From: Mobula hypostoma
Taxonomy: Eukaryota
Direction: 5' to 3'
DNA: 64,000 nucleotides
NCBI RefSeq assembly: GCF_963921235.1
Contig: NC_086098.1
Location: 104,408,001 to 104,472,000 of the forward strand
The position numbers were made by a program, and so were the translations under genes. Positions 62,745-64,000 of the stretch are shown here, one piece after another; the first letter of the stretch is position 1, and every line of letters starts with the position of its first letter. The notes under the pieces are model-generated. The model was not told the DNA's origin. It did no database searches and saw nothing but the letters and a program-made list of their open reading frames with translations.

Positions 62745-64000
62745 TAGAAAATGTGTTCCATCATAGACACTGCAACCCTTCCCAGCACTGAGGACATCTT
62801 CAAGACATGGTGCCCCAAGAAGGAAGCATCAATCATCACAGTCCCTCTCCATCTGGGGCATGTCCTCTTCATCAGCGAGAAGGTGCAAGAGCCTGAAGAC
62901 CCACACACAACATTTTAAGAATAGTTTCTGCCCGTACACTGTCAAATTTCTGAATGGTCCATGAACGTCATTTGTCTTTTGCACTTTATTTACTTTGTAA
63001 TTTGTAGTAATTTTTATGTATTGCTCTGTACTGTTTTCACAAAACAATAAATTTCACTACACATCAATGAAAACAAACATAAAGGTGTCTTTTGATCCAT
63101 CATGCAGGAAAGAAATGGAAATGGATCATGAACAGGCAGAAGGAATTAGTTTAAATTAGCATCATGCTTGGCATAGATGTTGAAGGATGAAGGGCCTGTT
63201 CCTGTGCTGTACTGTTCTATCAAGTCAGCAAAGAAATATTTGCCCCAACCTCACCTTCCAGCATGAGTTCTGTAGCCTTATAGATCATGGCATATACAAT
63301 TTTAGGGTTTCTGCCATTGCCTCATTTTCATGCAATATATTACAAAACCCTACCACCCTTCAAATTAAAAACTATCTTTCCTCAACTGCTCTACGATTCT
63401 TACACCATTTGTTTAAAATCCATGTCCCTGATTTTTGAATTAGCTCCTATTTACTTTATCTAGGTCTCTTGTAATTTTTTTCTTAAGTTAATTAAATCTT
63501 CTCTGTTCCAAAGAATACAATCTGGGCCTATCCCCTTATTCACTGAGCAAGAATTTTACAGTCTGGACAAGCATGCTGGTAAATTTCTATTGCACTCTGC
63601 AAGGAAATTGCATCTTTCCAAGAATCTGATGTTGAAGACTATGCATTGCTCAATCAATGACCTCACTAACATGTACATTTATAGCATAATTCCCCTGTTC
63701 TCATTATCTATGCTTTAGCTATTAAAGTGTCTCAGTTAAGGGTCTATGAACTTGCATTCTATGATCTTGCAGCTCCTCAATGCAAAATAATATTCCCATT
63801 TAATGTGTGTTTGTTTTACTTTTTAAACTCACAAACGTATTGATTCACTGTTACCTGTCTTGAATTCTTTTTGCCATTTTTCTGTCCAACTGACAACACC
63901 TTCTGTGTATTCTTTCAGTTAAAGGCGTTGCTCCTCAGTGTTAGCCAAATGGCCACCTTTTGTATCATCTGCATACCTTTTTATCATGCCCTCAGCCTAA
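62745..64000. mobile_element. Mixed old LINE fragments (Rex1-like 3' end +, CR1 3' end +, CR1 -)
   Basis: Recognisable 3'UTR motifs shared with other copies in the window. Boundaries are approximate. Confidence 0.5.

Noticed and set aside
48800-64000. A second (divergent or neighbouring) protein-coding gene
   Set aside because: No recognisable exons. The ORFs here are short or LINE-derived.

Overview
Eukaryotic, repeat-rich vertebrate genomic DNA. The repeat repertoire (CR1, Rex1/Babar-like, L1, RTE, Penelope-like termini, V-SINEs, Tc1, hAT) suggests a cartilaginous fish, probably a ray; this is an inference. The only host gene I can support is PHIP on the minus strand. Coding exons 1-6 (48175 down to 40958) were reconstructed by hand with GT-AG junctions and encode 146 aa. 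A CpG-rich promoter lies near 48.2-48.8 kb. Positions 1-40957 appear to be intron 6, since I found no exon 7. That intron is packed with nested transposons. Highlights: (i) a 270-bp Penelope-derived insertion with a 15-bp TSD carries two tandem minimal hammerhead-ribozyme motifs on the PHIP sense strand plus an inverted, core-mutated third copy, at the centre of a four-layer CR1>hAT>Harbinger-MITE>Penelope nest; (ii) a young L1 has a twin-priming-type 5' inversion, a 16-bp TSD and an ORF2 that re-joins in frame to 1258 aa; (iii) a full-length RTE LINE with a TSD, an IR/DR Tc1 element, a near full-length esterase-ORF1 CR1 and a 29-bp minisatellite. Boundaries of old degenerate repeats are approximate. 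Family assignments come from recognised motifs, not database searches.
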